Below are positions 13,801-26,400 of a stretch of DNA of 64,000 nt, in pieces. Every line of letters starts with the position of its first letter. The first letter of the stretch is position 1. The stretch is from Lingula anatina. Its lineage: Eukaryota > Animalia > Brachiopoda. A model generated the notes under the pieces. The model was given only the letters and a program-made list of their open reading frames with translations. It had not been told where the DNA came from and ran no database searches. The stretch covers positions 7,006,001 through 7,070,000 of the forward strand of contig CM120642.1 in the NCBI GenBank assembly GCA_051362555.1, in the 5' to 3' direction. The position numbers were made by a program, and so were the translations under genes.

Positions 13801-15192
13801 TGGCTAGCACGTTGCTACCACATTATAACGTCATAGCAACGTGCTAGCCACGTGATCCGAACATGACGTGTTTTCTGGGTAGGAACACCGCTCCCTCTAG
13901 GATAATCTCTTGCACAATTAATTTAAGTATTTTAGCCAAGCTCTGCAGTCTTCTGTCGTTGGCGTCTCAATCGTGTACGTGTGAATAAAATGTATACTCA
14001 AGATGATTCATGTAAATTCACTGTATAGATCTTAAAAAGGTCATTTGAGAGGCCACGGTCACCATTTGAGAGAAAAACTTAAGTGAAAAGAATTTTAATT
14101 TGTTCTAATGGTTCAAGTTAAAAGAAAAAGAGGTAAACGCATAAAAACATCTACGGACGTTGAGTGACTTTTTTTTTAATTAATATGGGAATCAAGGTGC
14201 ACTATTGATGGAAATGTTCTTGATTTTCTTGATAGTATACGAAAACACCTACGTCGTCCGCCATTTTGTTCCCTGCCTTTCCCATAAACCTGTACCAGCC
14301 ATGCCATACACGGTTTACATCGCAGAAGTGAAGCGATCCGTAGTTTCTGTTGCGCCATTCCTCATCCAGTATGTTATAGTTTTCACATGGGTCATCTGAA
14401 AACGTTATCAAACTTTATTGTGATTTGTGTTCCTTTCAAATAACATAACATGGCTTTATTCGTTTTTCTATTTTGTTATTTGTTTTTAATTATTTTACAG
14501 ACACTATAAAATGATGTATTATATATACACAAAGGCATTTGCAACGGGGTTGACTGGTAGCAAATAATAGCCTCGAAACAAGAGCTGATATCGCTTTTAG
14601 CGCTCGGCCGCTAATTGTCATGCCTTCGATTTAGGCAACAGCACCGGATTGCCATATTTGCGAACGGTGGCAATTTGCGATGCATTCGAGTTATCGAGCC
14701 CTTGCTTCTTTTATTCATCCGTACGCGGTAGTTGCAGAGTAAAAAACGGGTGATTGATGTCTTTCTTATATGGAAAGAATTAATTATTGGTGTCAGTAAA
14801 ATAAACGAAAGTTAAACATGGTTTTCAACTTATTTGTTTTGCACTATGACTTTAGTTTTGAAATAAAGATCCTAAACACAAACAGTCTATGAGTATACTC
14901 ATTTCCTTTTCGTCGCAAAAAAGGATCCATGTCTTAATTATAAAATGATTTACTTTTTAAACTAATTGGTTTATCTGTCTCTCTGGAGATTTATCAACTC
15001 ACCTCTCCTTATGTCTCCATAAAATGTGCATTACCCTATTGGCAAATGTCCCACTTGCAAATATGCAACAAAGGCTGATTTAAATGTCAAAGATTTATAA
15101 TCTTACATAATTTAACACCTCTAGGACAACTTACCACTTGGTAATGAATATGCAGAAGCCAAAATGGCTACCATGCAGACGGATACATGCAT
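4834..15192 (-). CDS. Gene A1: secreted uromodulin/OIT3-like protein, ~771 aa: signal peptide, D8C/D10C, 2 EGF, D8C/D10C, 4 EGF, calcium-binding EGF, linker, unknown 10-Cys C-terminal domain
   Basis: 14 GT-AG exons in one frame: 15135-15192, 14253-14395, 12182-12446, 11819-11941, 11204-11323, 10838-10983, 9839-10094, 9285-9407, 8957-9082, 7373-7492, 6973-7089, 6398-6520, 6044-6074, 4834-5398 (2316 nt). Motifs DPC..EWR..CD..GWYRF.G.AG, GGHP..G.V.R..C..CC..KCPGGY, NGGCSH.C and [15 protein letters not shown]. Confidence 0.92.
6682..6941. mobile_element. Fold-back MITE, PIF/Harbinger-like, in an A1 intron
   Basis: gggaccgttcaca..gtcgacctagct / agctaggtcgac..tgtaaacggcccc; self-complementary over most of its length; TTA on both sides. 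Confidence 0.7.
7621..7829. mobile_element. Short interspersed element with caggggcggat..atccgccactg termini; related copy at 36975-37141
   Basis: 11-bp imperfect terminal inverted repeat; same 5' end at 36975; a reversed fragment at ~42625-42643. Confidence 0.55.
8151..8869. mobile_element. Non-autonomous DNA element with subterminal repeats, carrying a nested insertion
   Basis: TIR tacggagccctgcaggggtcactc / gagtgacccctacggggctacgta; internal ~21-bp tatctcgagcgc(t/c)cgacttac repeats in both orientations. Confidence 0.75.
8228..8735. mobile_element. Nested TIR element (508 bp) inside 8151-8869
   Basis: TIR agggaggtttcactatcccggc / gccgggatagcgaaacctccct interrupts a cgacttactatctcgag repeat unit. 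Confidence 0.75.
10289..10519. mobile_element. HINE/Pearl-like (Helentron-associated) non-autonomous element
   Basis: Subterminal inverted repeat acctccgccaagg (10316) / ccttggcggaggt (10504), an (acaa)n/(acag)n microsatellite and an aactaga terminus. Confidence 0.65.
12851..13282. repeat. 30-bp G-rich minisatellite (~14 units) in A1 intron 2
   Basis: Consensus ggtggtacagaggggtttgggaaagtaggc; source of several spurious overlapping ORFs. Confidence 0.92.
13386..13604. mobile_element. Partial copy of the TTAA-inserting element at 49803-50107; another fragment at ~27256-27372
   Basis: Shared gaccacgtgacctccat..gatggctatactc and ggattcattaaccattggtaagtatggg..ttatcccttta. Confidence 0.7.
13772..13879. 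mobile_element. 108-bp hairpin MITE with TA flanks
   Basis: cccagcaaacacgtcacgttcggatcacgtggctagcacgttgcta pairs almost perfectly with tagcaacgtgctagccacgtgatccgaacatgacgtgttttctggg. Confidence 0.8.
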
Positions 15193-15426
15193 GTTAATTC
15201 TTGCCTCTCTTAAACAGATGTGTCTTTTGGAACAAACGCACCTGCTTAAGTGTTTTTCTCCTGGCTCAACGTATTTGTAAATATAAAAGTAGACCAATGG
15301 TAGCGTATTGCTGTATCAGTTGGACGTGATGCAAGATAAATGTTATCTCAACGTGGAGTCGGCATAGTTGGTCTCAGTCCATTCTTTCACAACACAGTAA
15401 CCCATTCTGTATTAGCAAGAGCGGCA
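15193..15426. promoter_or_regulatory. Putative bidirectional promoter of A1/B1 (234 bp between ATGs)
   Basis: Divergent signal-peptide exons; TATAAAA 15282, CCAAT ~15294, TCAGTT Inr-like 15316, GATAA ~15335; most blocks conserved in 39317-39571. Confidence 0.7.
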
Positions 15427-18400
15427 ATGATCGTTGTCTGGAGGATCCTGGTTTTAGTTATTCTTTATTCCGGTTCAAATGCCCAAATCGGTGAGTCAAA
15501 GACATGTTATACCTTTCAGCACTTTTAATATTTATGAATTGTTCATAATTAAGAATGCTTGCACCTGTTACATGTTGGTTATATACTGTATATAAGATAT
15601 ACACATGTACTTTAATATTCTTATTGAAAAATCCCATTTCAGAGGACCCATGCAAAGACTACATAGAATTGTCAGAACCATGGCGAAAAATGTCATATTC
15701 CGGTACACTTTATCATTGCGATGAATATGCTCGGTGGACTGGGTGGTTCCGCATAACGGGGGAGGCTGGTAACAAAGTTGCCGATAAGGTAATAAATGCT
15801 TTGTGTCATATAACGGTGTGTAACTTCTTAATAGATTTTCCATTTTATAAAATTCATGGTTAAAAGAAAATGTCATGGTACATATATTCGTGCCAAGGTG
15901 TATGCTTCATTCTCTTTTTTTCACATATATACTTTGTACTTACTTTCTTGCTTTGAGGTCTTAAGATGATCAACTGCTTAAAGCGAATTCAAACATTACG
16001 ATAAATGTATGGGGCGTCTTTCTATAGGTCTCGGTCTCTGTCTCTTTCTTTCTGCATATCCCAACTCATTTCCATTAGTTAAGTTTGGGTTAAAATTTTA
16101 TCTACTACATTTTCCCTGCGTTTTTGCTATTTCATTTTATTTAATTTATAATTGTAACACGTGCTGTGCTTTTATATACACGTGTCCGTTATTTAGTTTG
16201 CATAGTAAATACTGTAAACAGCCAAAGTGCCTTTACTTTTCGATCGTTTCATCTCCTGTAAGTACACATTGACCAAGGATATAATAAAACATTAGACAAC
16301 CCCTTTGGTTACATTATATTTAATAGGTATGAAAATAGTTTCAGGTTCTTATATCTTCGTTTAGTGCCCGAATTATCAATACTGTGGTACGAAATATCCC
16401 TTGTGGATCTATGGTGGTCATCCCAAAGAAGAAGATGGTATTGTGAGAAGACCACTTTGCTCTCGCACGTCCTCTAGTAGATGCTGCGACACTCCAACTG
16501 AAAATTCAAACGTTAAAAACGACTTTATTCTCATCAAGAAATGTCCCGGGGGATACTTTGTATACCAAGCATCGCAACTTCGAAACGCATATTGTTACAG
16601 ATCGTTTTGTGCAGGTATGGATGTATGTTGGTGAGAAAGAAAGAGAAATGATACTTTCTCATTATCTCGATTATTCATCAAGTAATGAACGAGGGAGATT
16701 TCTTATTTATAATCCCTGTGCATATAGCCCTAAGTAAGGTTAAGCAATCAATTACGGATAAAAGTATAGCGTCAATGCATTTCTAATATTTCCTTAGAAT
16801 TGAAACCATTTCAATGCTGTACACCCTAATTTAATTTACTAATTATCAGTACAAACTTGCTTTGACCATTCGAAATTGCTGGTTTGCGGCCTATCTATTA
16901 TGCATATACGTATGACATCATTTGATGCTGAAGGGTTGCAGTGGACATTGCAGTATCATTAATTTTAATTGGAGGATCCAGGTTTCGTGTAAAGGGGTTG
17001 GGAGGCACTTAAAAATGTATTTATGCCTAACTTTCCTGGGCAACTACTAGACGAAGAAAATGTTTTACTGTAGTATGTAGGGCACAGGGGTGCAGGTATG
17101 ACTTGTTTCGTATGTAATACCGATTTGTGGGTGGAAAAGGGGAGTAGGCGGTACATGCGAAGCTAGGGGAAGGGTCACATGTTCTATTGTACCCCCGGAT
17201 GCACCATTGATTTACTAATATGCTTGCAGACACCGACAGTAGCGACCCCTGTCTGAGCAGCAACTGCACCGATGGCTGCACGAATAACAACGGAAAATTT
17301 AAATGTGTCTGCCCAAAAGACAAGGTACTAAATGGAAGTGACTGTGGTAAGAAATTCAGAAAAACACATACCATCATATGAGAATTATATTTCAGTAAAA
17401 TGTTATGCAAAAGCTATAACAACCCTGCAGTAAGGAGCATAACACTTTATAAATTAAAAGCATTTTAACCTTAACACCTTCTGTATATCAATTTTGCTTT
17501 TTCAGTTACACCATGCTCCATGGAAAACGGAGGTTGTAGCCATAAGTGCTCAAATACTAATGGGAAAGTATATTGCTCGTGTCCGGCATACCTCATGATG
17601 GGGAATGACGGCAAGACTTGCGGTACGCTCGAACAATCATTTTAATATCATAAATGAAAATTATCAAACACAAGCCGAAAAACTTTCTTACCGTTAGCTC
17701 ATGGCCAACCTGGACATAGGCCTTCATCATACTGATGTGAGCAGATGTTAACACTCACTGACCGCTAGGCGGTATTGCGGCCAGGACCCACTTATAAATG
17801 TCAGGTACATGTAGATCGAGCCCCCCCCCCCCGTCCCTATTCATGGGCTGGTAACAGCAGATGTTGATACTCTCTCGGATATTACGTGGGGTGTCAGATG
17901 ACTCAGATTCATTTTTCATTCACTATTAGCGAAAGGGTTAACTTTGCCGTGGCTCCTAAGACTTTACCCACGGAAGATATTATCATTTAAATAACACTTG
18001 AAAAAGCACATAATTGGGTGAACATTCCAAGAAGGAAAATCGTCTAGAAAAATTAGAATAATTTTGCAATTTTCTTACATTATAATATACAGGAAAAAAA
18101 AACAATCGTTCGACACATTATTCGATAAAAAACATTGTTCAAGTAACAGTAGGTAATTATAATTTTGATGTGTTATTCAGTGAGTAAGTGTCAAATAGGA
18201 AATGGCGGATGCAGTGATTTCTGTCATGAAGATGGTAAAGGCGACATCGTCTGCAGTTGTCCAGCAAACATGATTATTGGATCCGACCAGAAAACATGTA
18301 GTAAGTGTTACGGTTGAGATAACAGTACTGAAGATGACGACTGTTTGATTATGAAATAGATCACTCTTTTTGCTTGTTTCTTACAGCCATACCAGCAAGT

Positions 18401-20784
18401 GCAATGGATACCCTTACAAATCCTTTCTTTAATAGTATTTGGATACCTTTGTAAAATGTTGCAAATGATGCAAATTAAAGCAGTATCATTTACAATGCAT
18501 GTCATGAAGGTACAAATGAATCGGTTAAAGATGTTATATCAAAGTGGTACATTGCTATTGTAAAAAGTAAAGAGTAATGGCTCCAGCTGCACGAAGTCCA
18601 TCATTTATCAGATGTGCATATGCTGTGACTTCACTAATAGTTATAACCATATTGATTTGACTCCTGTTTTATTAATTTTTTACGCAGAAACGTCTTGTGC
18701 CATCAACAAGGGAGGGTGCAGCCATATTTGTAACGATACTGACCACGGGGCAGTGTGCGACTGCCCACCAGGCCTGACGTTTGGCTCAAACAGCAAGTTA
18801 TGTGGTGAGAAAATTATGTGTCCTTTAGTCAGTATTTAAAAAGATGGCATGTGTGTACCAATAAAACTCCTGCTATTAATGTACGTGTCAAGGATGGTGT
18901 ACTTTTGTTGTTTATGCAGTTTGTGACCGTCTTCGTTAAAAATATATGGATGTTAATTTGTGAAAATCTAAAAAAAAACTTTACTTTCAAAAGAAAATGT
19001 AAGAAAAAAACACATTGCGTTTATACATCACAATTATGGAGCATTAATTAGATAAACTTCCCTTTACAAAGGAAATGGCATTTTCAGATGTGGACGTCAA
19101 TGAATGCAAAACTGTCCCTAATTTGTGTTCATCCAACGCTAGCTGCATCAATACTTATGGGTCATACAAATGTGAATGTAAACCGGGGTTCTATGGTGAT
19201 GGTCAACAGTGTGTAGGTATGTGGAAATGAATACCACAATTAGAAAACCCCAGAAAAAGTCCAAAGACGTAGAATTTAATTGAAGATTTAATTGAACCTT
19301 TAATGCTTGGGCTTACATGTATATCTCACCATCTGCAGATAACCTAAATAAATAACAAGAAACAGAAGTCTTTCTGTGTCCCCGGTAGATACATGTACGA
19401 AACGTTTGATGAAATAGATAAAATGGAATGTTGAATTTTCAAATGTATTGAAACAACGTCACTGACTGTATCAAAGTTAAGATAAATGTGCATGTGATTG
19501 TAGAAGGGACTGCGTATATAGACATCTTTCGTTTGAAAGCCAACAGCGTATGACTTGTTGAGGACAACAATTTTGATAACGTGGTTTTTTACTAAGACCC
19601 AAAGCGTCCCTTTATTGTTTTTAATTTTAACTGATATTATGACTTTATGCGATCACAAATTGTTGATGGTTTTGTGACTAGACATCTGGTAAATAATATT
19701 TCTAATATATTTTCCAGTGGAAAAATGGAGTGACCCATCTACAAAAAGGTAATTATAGCAGAATCAAGGCAATGAAGTTTAGTATATAAGACACAAGACA
19801 CTTGGCGAATCGCCAAAATTGACGAAATGGCCTTCAACAAAATTTATGAAATAGAAAGCTAAAGACATTTGTGTAGCTTTTCGACAAATCTGGATGTTCC
19901 TTCTAAAATTAAGAGCGATAAAACATATCATAGTATGAAAATTCAATATATAATCAGCATTATCTGCATAATTTTAAATTATTTGCTTGCCTTTGATCAC
20001 CTTTTGGAATGGGCAATATGCTCTTAAGGTTATCAGTATGAGTTTGAGGCATGAAAGACACGGGAAATGGTTGCCCTCTAGCATACATTATGTCCTGACT
20101 GGTCTCAGGTTAAGCTTTCTTTAAAAGTTTAATATGATATATTCTTAACATGAAATGTCACGTACTTTGGAGTTAAATATATGTGATTTAATGGGAATCG
20201 TGGTGCGATACGGGTTAATATCTTTCGACAGGTGTCGTTGCCGCGTTCGTGCCGAGATAAGCAAGACGTCCCCAGGGCCAATCCTTTATGAATTACCGAC
20301 GCTTATCTACGGGTTCAGCAATGTGTGGGTAGAGGAGGCCAATGCGTCTTCTCCTGTGCCCGTCACCGACAGATATCCCGGCTTCTATTCTACCCGTAGG
20401 CGGCGCCAGCTGACCATTCCCGACTTGTACACGTGTTTGAAGGTACTGCGCGAGTGCCCGGCTGACTGTGAGAGGTTGTCCAAACTTACTTTGGGCGATA
20501 ACGGCCTGAGTAAGAAGTTCCTTGTGCAAAATTCAGCTGGTGTGGACGCGAAGAAAACCCTAGGACAAATTTCTTGCGAAAGATTTGGCCATGACTTCGC
20601 ACCACCAGGCAAGCGAGTGGTCACGTTTTACAAGCCGCCTAGTGAATGTGGCACTGAACTGTCCACCCACATATTTGACCAGCGTCTTTGCTGTACAAGT
20701 TATTATCTGTCTGGAATCGGTTCCCTCACCTTGTATAACATAAAATGCACGAAGGGCATTGCCTTAACCGAAGTCTTTGGCTAA
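15427..20784 (+). CDS. Gene B1: secreted protein, ~547 aa: signal peptide, D8C/D10C, 4 EGF, calcium-binding EGF, linker, 10-Cys C-terminal domain
   Basis: 10 GT-AG exons in frame: 15427-15490, 15643-15788, 16365-16614, 17230-17346, 17506-17622, 18181-18300, 18688-18804, 19088-19216, 19718-19748, 20232-20784 (1644 nt). Confidence 0.93.
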
Positions 20785-21539
20785 AGACAATTTGTGTTTT
20801 TGATTGGCATTGAATGAGACATAAAATTGCTTTTGAATAACACGAATCATACAATATTGACATTTGTCTTGTATCGAATTTTGGTATTCATTCGTGCTCA
20901 AAATTAAAATCGGAGTTACTATCAGCATGTTTTTATGTTTAATGCATCACTCATGCTTTACTCGTAAACTCAAAATGGTAATGTCGTTGACATATTTCTG
21001 AATAAATTCACGATGCTTCTATTTTCAGCAAAATAATTTAAATAATGCACCCAAAAACAAACCTGTCTTATAACTGCAGTGTTCACAGGTGTAATACCAT
21101 ATTTGTCATATGTAACACCGGTAAACTTGTTGGCAGCTTTAAAGATTAATCATTATGTGCAATCATGGTCCAGTATGATGCCCTCAAACCTTGACATCGA
21201 TTGACCTGCAAGAATATCTATCAGGTTCCGTTATGTTTTCTATGAAAATTAGCTGAACTTGTCTTCCATTCCAGATTCAACAATAATGTGATTGATGATT
21301 TTATGTTACAGCAAATATACATGGTTTTTCATTTGGAAAATATAATTATATTTTAATCTGGCTAATTGTCACCAGTTTATCAATACAAAAAAGTTTTTTT
21401 AGATAGAAAGCGCCGCTATCAAAATTGGCCAAAATATTTGCAAATACAAATGTGTTGCAGAGGAAAAGGAAGTGCTCATCTCTGCCCCTTTTCTCACTTC
21501 CATTTGGTTTTTTAGTCTGACAAAAAAGGAAGTCCCACA

Positions 21540-21688
21540 CCTTAGCAAAACATCTGTATTGCTGCAAACTGAAACTGCTTCTTGGAAATTTGCAGATTAG
21601 CACATTAGCAGAATTATTTTTTCCACGTATACTCTTGCAAACTCGTTGCCGCAAACGTTTGATGCAAACTCTTAATTTTGCTTAGGAT
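21540..21688. mobile_element. Decayed MITE with ccttagcaaaa termini; relatives at ~25640-25763, ~46649-46814 and ~58562-58681
   Basis: ccttagcaaaa ... ttttgcttagg; internal ttgctgcaaa/gcaaactcgttgcc motifs shared among copies. Confidence 0.5.
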
Positions 21689-23400
21689 CGGCCGCCACAA
21701 GCTTCCATACAGTACCTACAGACAATCTTGCTCAAGCAGTCCCGTACATTCTCTGTCAAGGAACTAGGTGCGAATTTTACTGTGTTAAAAACTTATTTTC
21801 ATGGTAGGTGTGATGCAAAGTAGCAACTGCTAGCGACGTAATTATTGTACTCGAAGGTTGATGAGTCGCATGATGCGGAAATCTCACATAACGGATATCA
21901 TCTGATGATGAGGCTCTGACAATTTCAAACCTGTTTATGACGCACTTGTGTTTAATGTCGAATTTGGTAGTTTGGTATCAGATGGATCGCAGAGGGTTCC
22001 ATTTGGTGGTGGTGGTAGGGGGTGGGGTGATCACAGTGCATGGGAAATAATATCATCAATTGACAAATCACAGTAAATAAAACTTTATTCATATCGAACT
22101 GATAATGCCTTATCCATATAATGACTTCGTTTTACAAAGGACAGAGAATAAAAATCCACATTTACGAGTCACAGGAATGTGGTGCTTAACGAATCCACTA
22201 ACTAAAGGCTTCACGCATAACGGGAGATAAAAAGTGGGTTTCAAGGGTAACAAATAATAATCTAAAATCCATATAAAATGTTCAGTAGACTTTACATGGG
22301 TGAAATGAACAGTATAATTATAATGAATAGGTAAATGTAAAGGTTGTTAAAATAATAAGATATGAACTAAAGATTTGAACTAAAATGTAATTAAATTGAT
22401 GGACAGTTAGGATTTTAAGATATTGAAAATAAATCGTACAATGTAAAAGATAACAGCCAGTAAAATAAATTATAAAACTTTTTGAAGATATAGGTTTTTA
22501 ATTCTTTTTTAAATTGTCCTCGGACTCTATCGTTTTTAAGTAAATAGGGAGATCTTTCCACTCCACTCTTGGTCCATAGACTTGAAGTGCACGATCGCCG
22601 TATGCTCTTAATCTGGAATTACAGGCATAAATAAAAGCTGGTCGATTGATCTTAAGTTACCTTTTGGAACATAGCGTTGAACTTGTTTTTGTAGGTACGG
22701 GGGTGCTGATTGGTAAAAAATTGCATGCATAAAAGTTAAAATTTTGAATAAAATGCGTGCTCTAACTGGGAGCCAGAGTAACTGCTTTAAAATGGGTGTG
22801 CGGGTTAAAAGACGCGCTGAAACATTCTGAATTCGCTGCAGTTTTTTATTCGTTCGTCTGTACAGCCATAGGGTATAAATAGTTGCAGTTCCACTGTTTG
22901 GAACGTATGTTGTTTCCTACACACTAGGCCCTTAGATAAAAGGACCAAATGGCACCTTATTGGAATTTTTAAAATGTTATTTACAATTTAGTATGATGTT
23001 TATGCATGCGTAAGAAGTCAGAATAAATCACATCTTTGTTTCGCCAACATTTTCTTAAAAATTTCACTTTCGCTACAGCATGAAAAAAACACATTAAGGA
23101 CGCATAAAACGACATTCAAAATAATTTCTTTTATACTGACGTTAAATCCGTGGGGCAATATTTTTGAAAATGATATGACATAGCACTTTATAACTGTGAA
23201 GTTTACCAATAGGTCTACATTTTGACAGTTACAGATAAAACTGAAATTGACAAATCACAGCATAATTGTGACGTTAACCAATATGTTGACAATTAAAGAT
23301 GAATCTGAAATGTCAATGTTTTTTCAAAACATTTGATTTCAAAATCGCAGAACAGTCAGAACTGTCTATCAATTCAATGGGGCGTTGAAAGCAGCGCATG

Positions 23401-26400
23401 TTACCCAACCAGTAACTCAGACATTTTAACTCCTTCGCTGCACTTCCTGTTCCAAAAGGTCAATTTGCCAATTCCCGAAACTTCCTCCGATTTGCAACAA
23501 AGATATGCTTCAGAAGCATAGGTTCTCAGTTCCTGGCTGCAATCGCTTCCGGGATTAACGGAGACCACTACACGTACGCCCGGTGGGTCAATGTTATGGC
23601 CGTAAGCCTCGCACAGAATTTGGCCTAGGGTCTTGGAAACTTGCTTGCCGGCAGAGTTGTCAACAAAGAGTTCACTGTCAAACTTGAGGCTGTCGCCGAT
23701 GATGATCTTGGTCAAGCGTTCGCAGTCAGCGGGGCAGTTTCGTAGAACCTTCAAGCATGTCAGCAAGTCGTCGGTGTCAACGAGAGCGCGGCGGCGAGTG
23801 TTGTAGAAACTGGGGTACTTGTCGGTTATAACGTGAGCGGCGCTTAGGTTGCCGTACAAGTCAGTGACCCACACTGTCTTGTGCCCGTAAATGAGCATTG
23901 GTAGATCAAAAAGCAGGGAGCCTTTAGTAGTGCCGTTCGCCTCAGTTTGAAGTTTGCATTGGCATCTTGTCAACAGAAAACATTATAAAAAGTTTAATAA
24001 ACAGTAGATTGGACGGTCTCAAAATTCACCTTTGAAATATATCAGTTACTATGCACTTTTCATAAATAGTCTCATATAAAGGACAGTTGTACAGATAAAA
24101 TTGTTACACCTTCGCAAAAATTTACTCAGACCCTAAAACAGACAAAATGCACCGATAAATATGGAAAACGATGTTATGTTAAAGATATCAACAAAAACGG
24201 ACACCATAGACAAGATTGGACACTGTATTGTCCTGTGAAAAAGCAACAACCGCGGGATGCGTAGCGCTGACGGTGCTTAAAAATCCTAAATGCTTGTTGG
24301 TGACTGTATGACGTCAGTAACCAGGCTAGTTAAAGAAGAGCTTTGAATTATATGACAAAATCCATAGTATTCGAATGTCTGTTGATTGGGTGTAGGAGAA
24401 GCTGTATACATTTACAACAATCAAACGCTGTCATTTTTTGGAACTCCTAAAGAATATTTGGGTACTTGGTAGAATACATAGGCCCTATTGACAAGCCGTA
24501 TGAACATTTCTACCTTATACTTATTGATGGAAATAGAACGGAATCGTGCAAATAGCTCTCAGCACTCAACTGATCGCGAAAAGGGATATATACTAATGTT
24601 TTCTTAAATATTGATACAAACCTTCTCGCCTTAGTGCTCATAGGTGTTTCACCTAAAACAAAATGAAATTAATAATTTACACTGTATTTGAAAACATTTT
24701 ATGTGAGAGACAAGGATTCTACTATAAGGATCAAAAGAAAGCATGTTACTGCATGTGTAATTACAACCAACAAGGCATTGCAAATTGCAGTTGTTGTACT
24801 TAAACTATTTTAAATTATTTTCTTACGTCTTATCAACAACAAATTTTACGACTCTGAGAACCTGAATATTCATATACAGGTATTCGGACATTGCGCCTAG
24901 TAGATATAGTAATACTATAAAAAATAAATCACAAGTTTTTGTTTCAAATTTTAAATGAATATAGTTACTTGTAAGTTTTGTTATATCGGTTTCAGAAGAG
25001 TTGCAACATAAAAAAGCAGCCACAGTTATACCATACCTGTGCATACCGTACCATCGCCCTCGAAACCCTTGTTACATACGCACTGGTACGAGCCAGGTGT
25101 GTTGATACATGTGGCGTTTTGGGAACAAGGGTTGCTTTTACATTCGTTGACATCTTGGTCTGGATGGAAGAATTGGTAATTATAAGTAAAATGTTAGCTA
25201 CCTGTGCGCATACTGTTGGAACCAAAAATATATCCAGAACAATTTTTTAGAAGCCATCTTGCCGCGATTTACAAAGCGCAAATTCCTATTGGGATTGTTT
25301 TACGAAGTTTTGTTTTAATCAGACATTATCTGTGAACATACTGATTACAGTGCGTTGTGTTCTTACCACAGGTAGCATTGTCATCTGCGAGTTCCCACCC
25401 AAGACGACAAGTGCAGATGATACCATAATCGCTTTCATTACAATAATTGCTGCAGCCGCCATTGTTGATTTTGCAAGTAGGAACTGTAATACAGAGATAT
25501 ATGATTCAACCTTGTTTGCCTATACAGCAGTTGAAGTTCAATCAAACTGTTCTGACCTTGAAGAATCTTTGAAAAAAAAACGGGAAGAGGGATTTCGTGC
25601 TTACCTTTATTTTAACAATTAGAGACTGTGACAATTAGCAAAACATCAGACCTGCTGCAAATCAAATTTTTCTGGCAAACTCGTTGCCACATACTTCCAG
25701 TTTGCAGCAATATTGCTTGAATATTGCTGTAAATTGCTGCAAGCTTTTCATTTTGCTAAGGGAATATATATACTTCATACAAGATAAGAACAACAATGCT
25801 TTTCCTATTTGCAAAGTCAGTAGCTCGATTGTCTGACATCATTCTGTGGAAACCGGTATGAACCACCGAGAATTATTAAACAATTCTCCCACTCTGTTTT
25901 TTACTTACTGCATATGTTGTTGTCTTTTCCTAAAATCAAATTCGCAGGGCACCTGCAGGTTACGTCACCTTGGCCATCATCCATACAAAAGTGACTGCAG
26001 CCGCCATTATTGTACAAGCAAGGTGTAACTAAAAATCAGAATCCAAATCTACGTAAAATACTTATTGATGACTTGCACTGGATCTTTGACAGGTTATAAT
26101 TACTGCGATATTGCGAAGATAACTGAATTTTGTCAACATATCTGAAACTCTTTAACTAGACCAAGCACAGTTACAACATTGAGTTTCAAAAGCCAATGTA
26201 AACTCACCTCTGCTGTATTTCTGTACCTGGAAGCGCCAGCGATATTCTGATAACACAGGGGAGTTTCCAGTGATTTACAAGCAGGGTGGCAATTGAGGGA
26301 ATTATTTAAGAAGACAGACAAAAAAGCATTTTCTCTGTGCAGGTCTAAACATCTTTCGAGGGATGTATTCCATTGCGTTGGGGCTAATTTTAGCTGCCGT

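Larger units (their letters stand above)
4312..22262. repeat. Segmental duplication unit 1 (gene pair A1+B1); paralogous to 22888-47345
   Basis: Non-coding homology starts at gttccactgtttggaacgtatgttg (4312 vs 22888) and ends at gggtaacaaa(n)taataa (~22262 vs ~47345); identical exon order. Confidence 0.85.

Noticed and set aside
4834-15192. Calling A/B true UMOD, GP2 or OIT3 orthologs
   Set aside because: They share D10C and EGF modules but lack a ZP domain and membrane anchor, so no gene symbol was assigned
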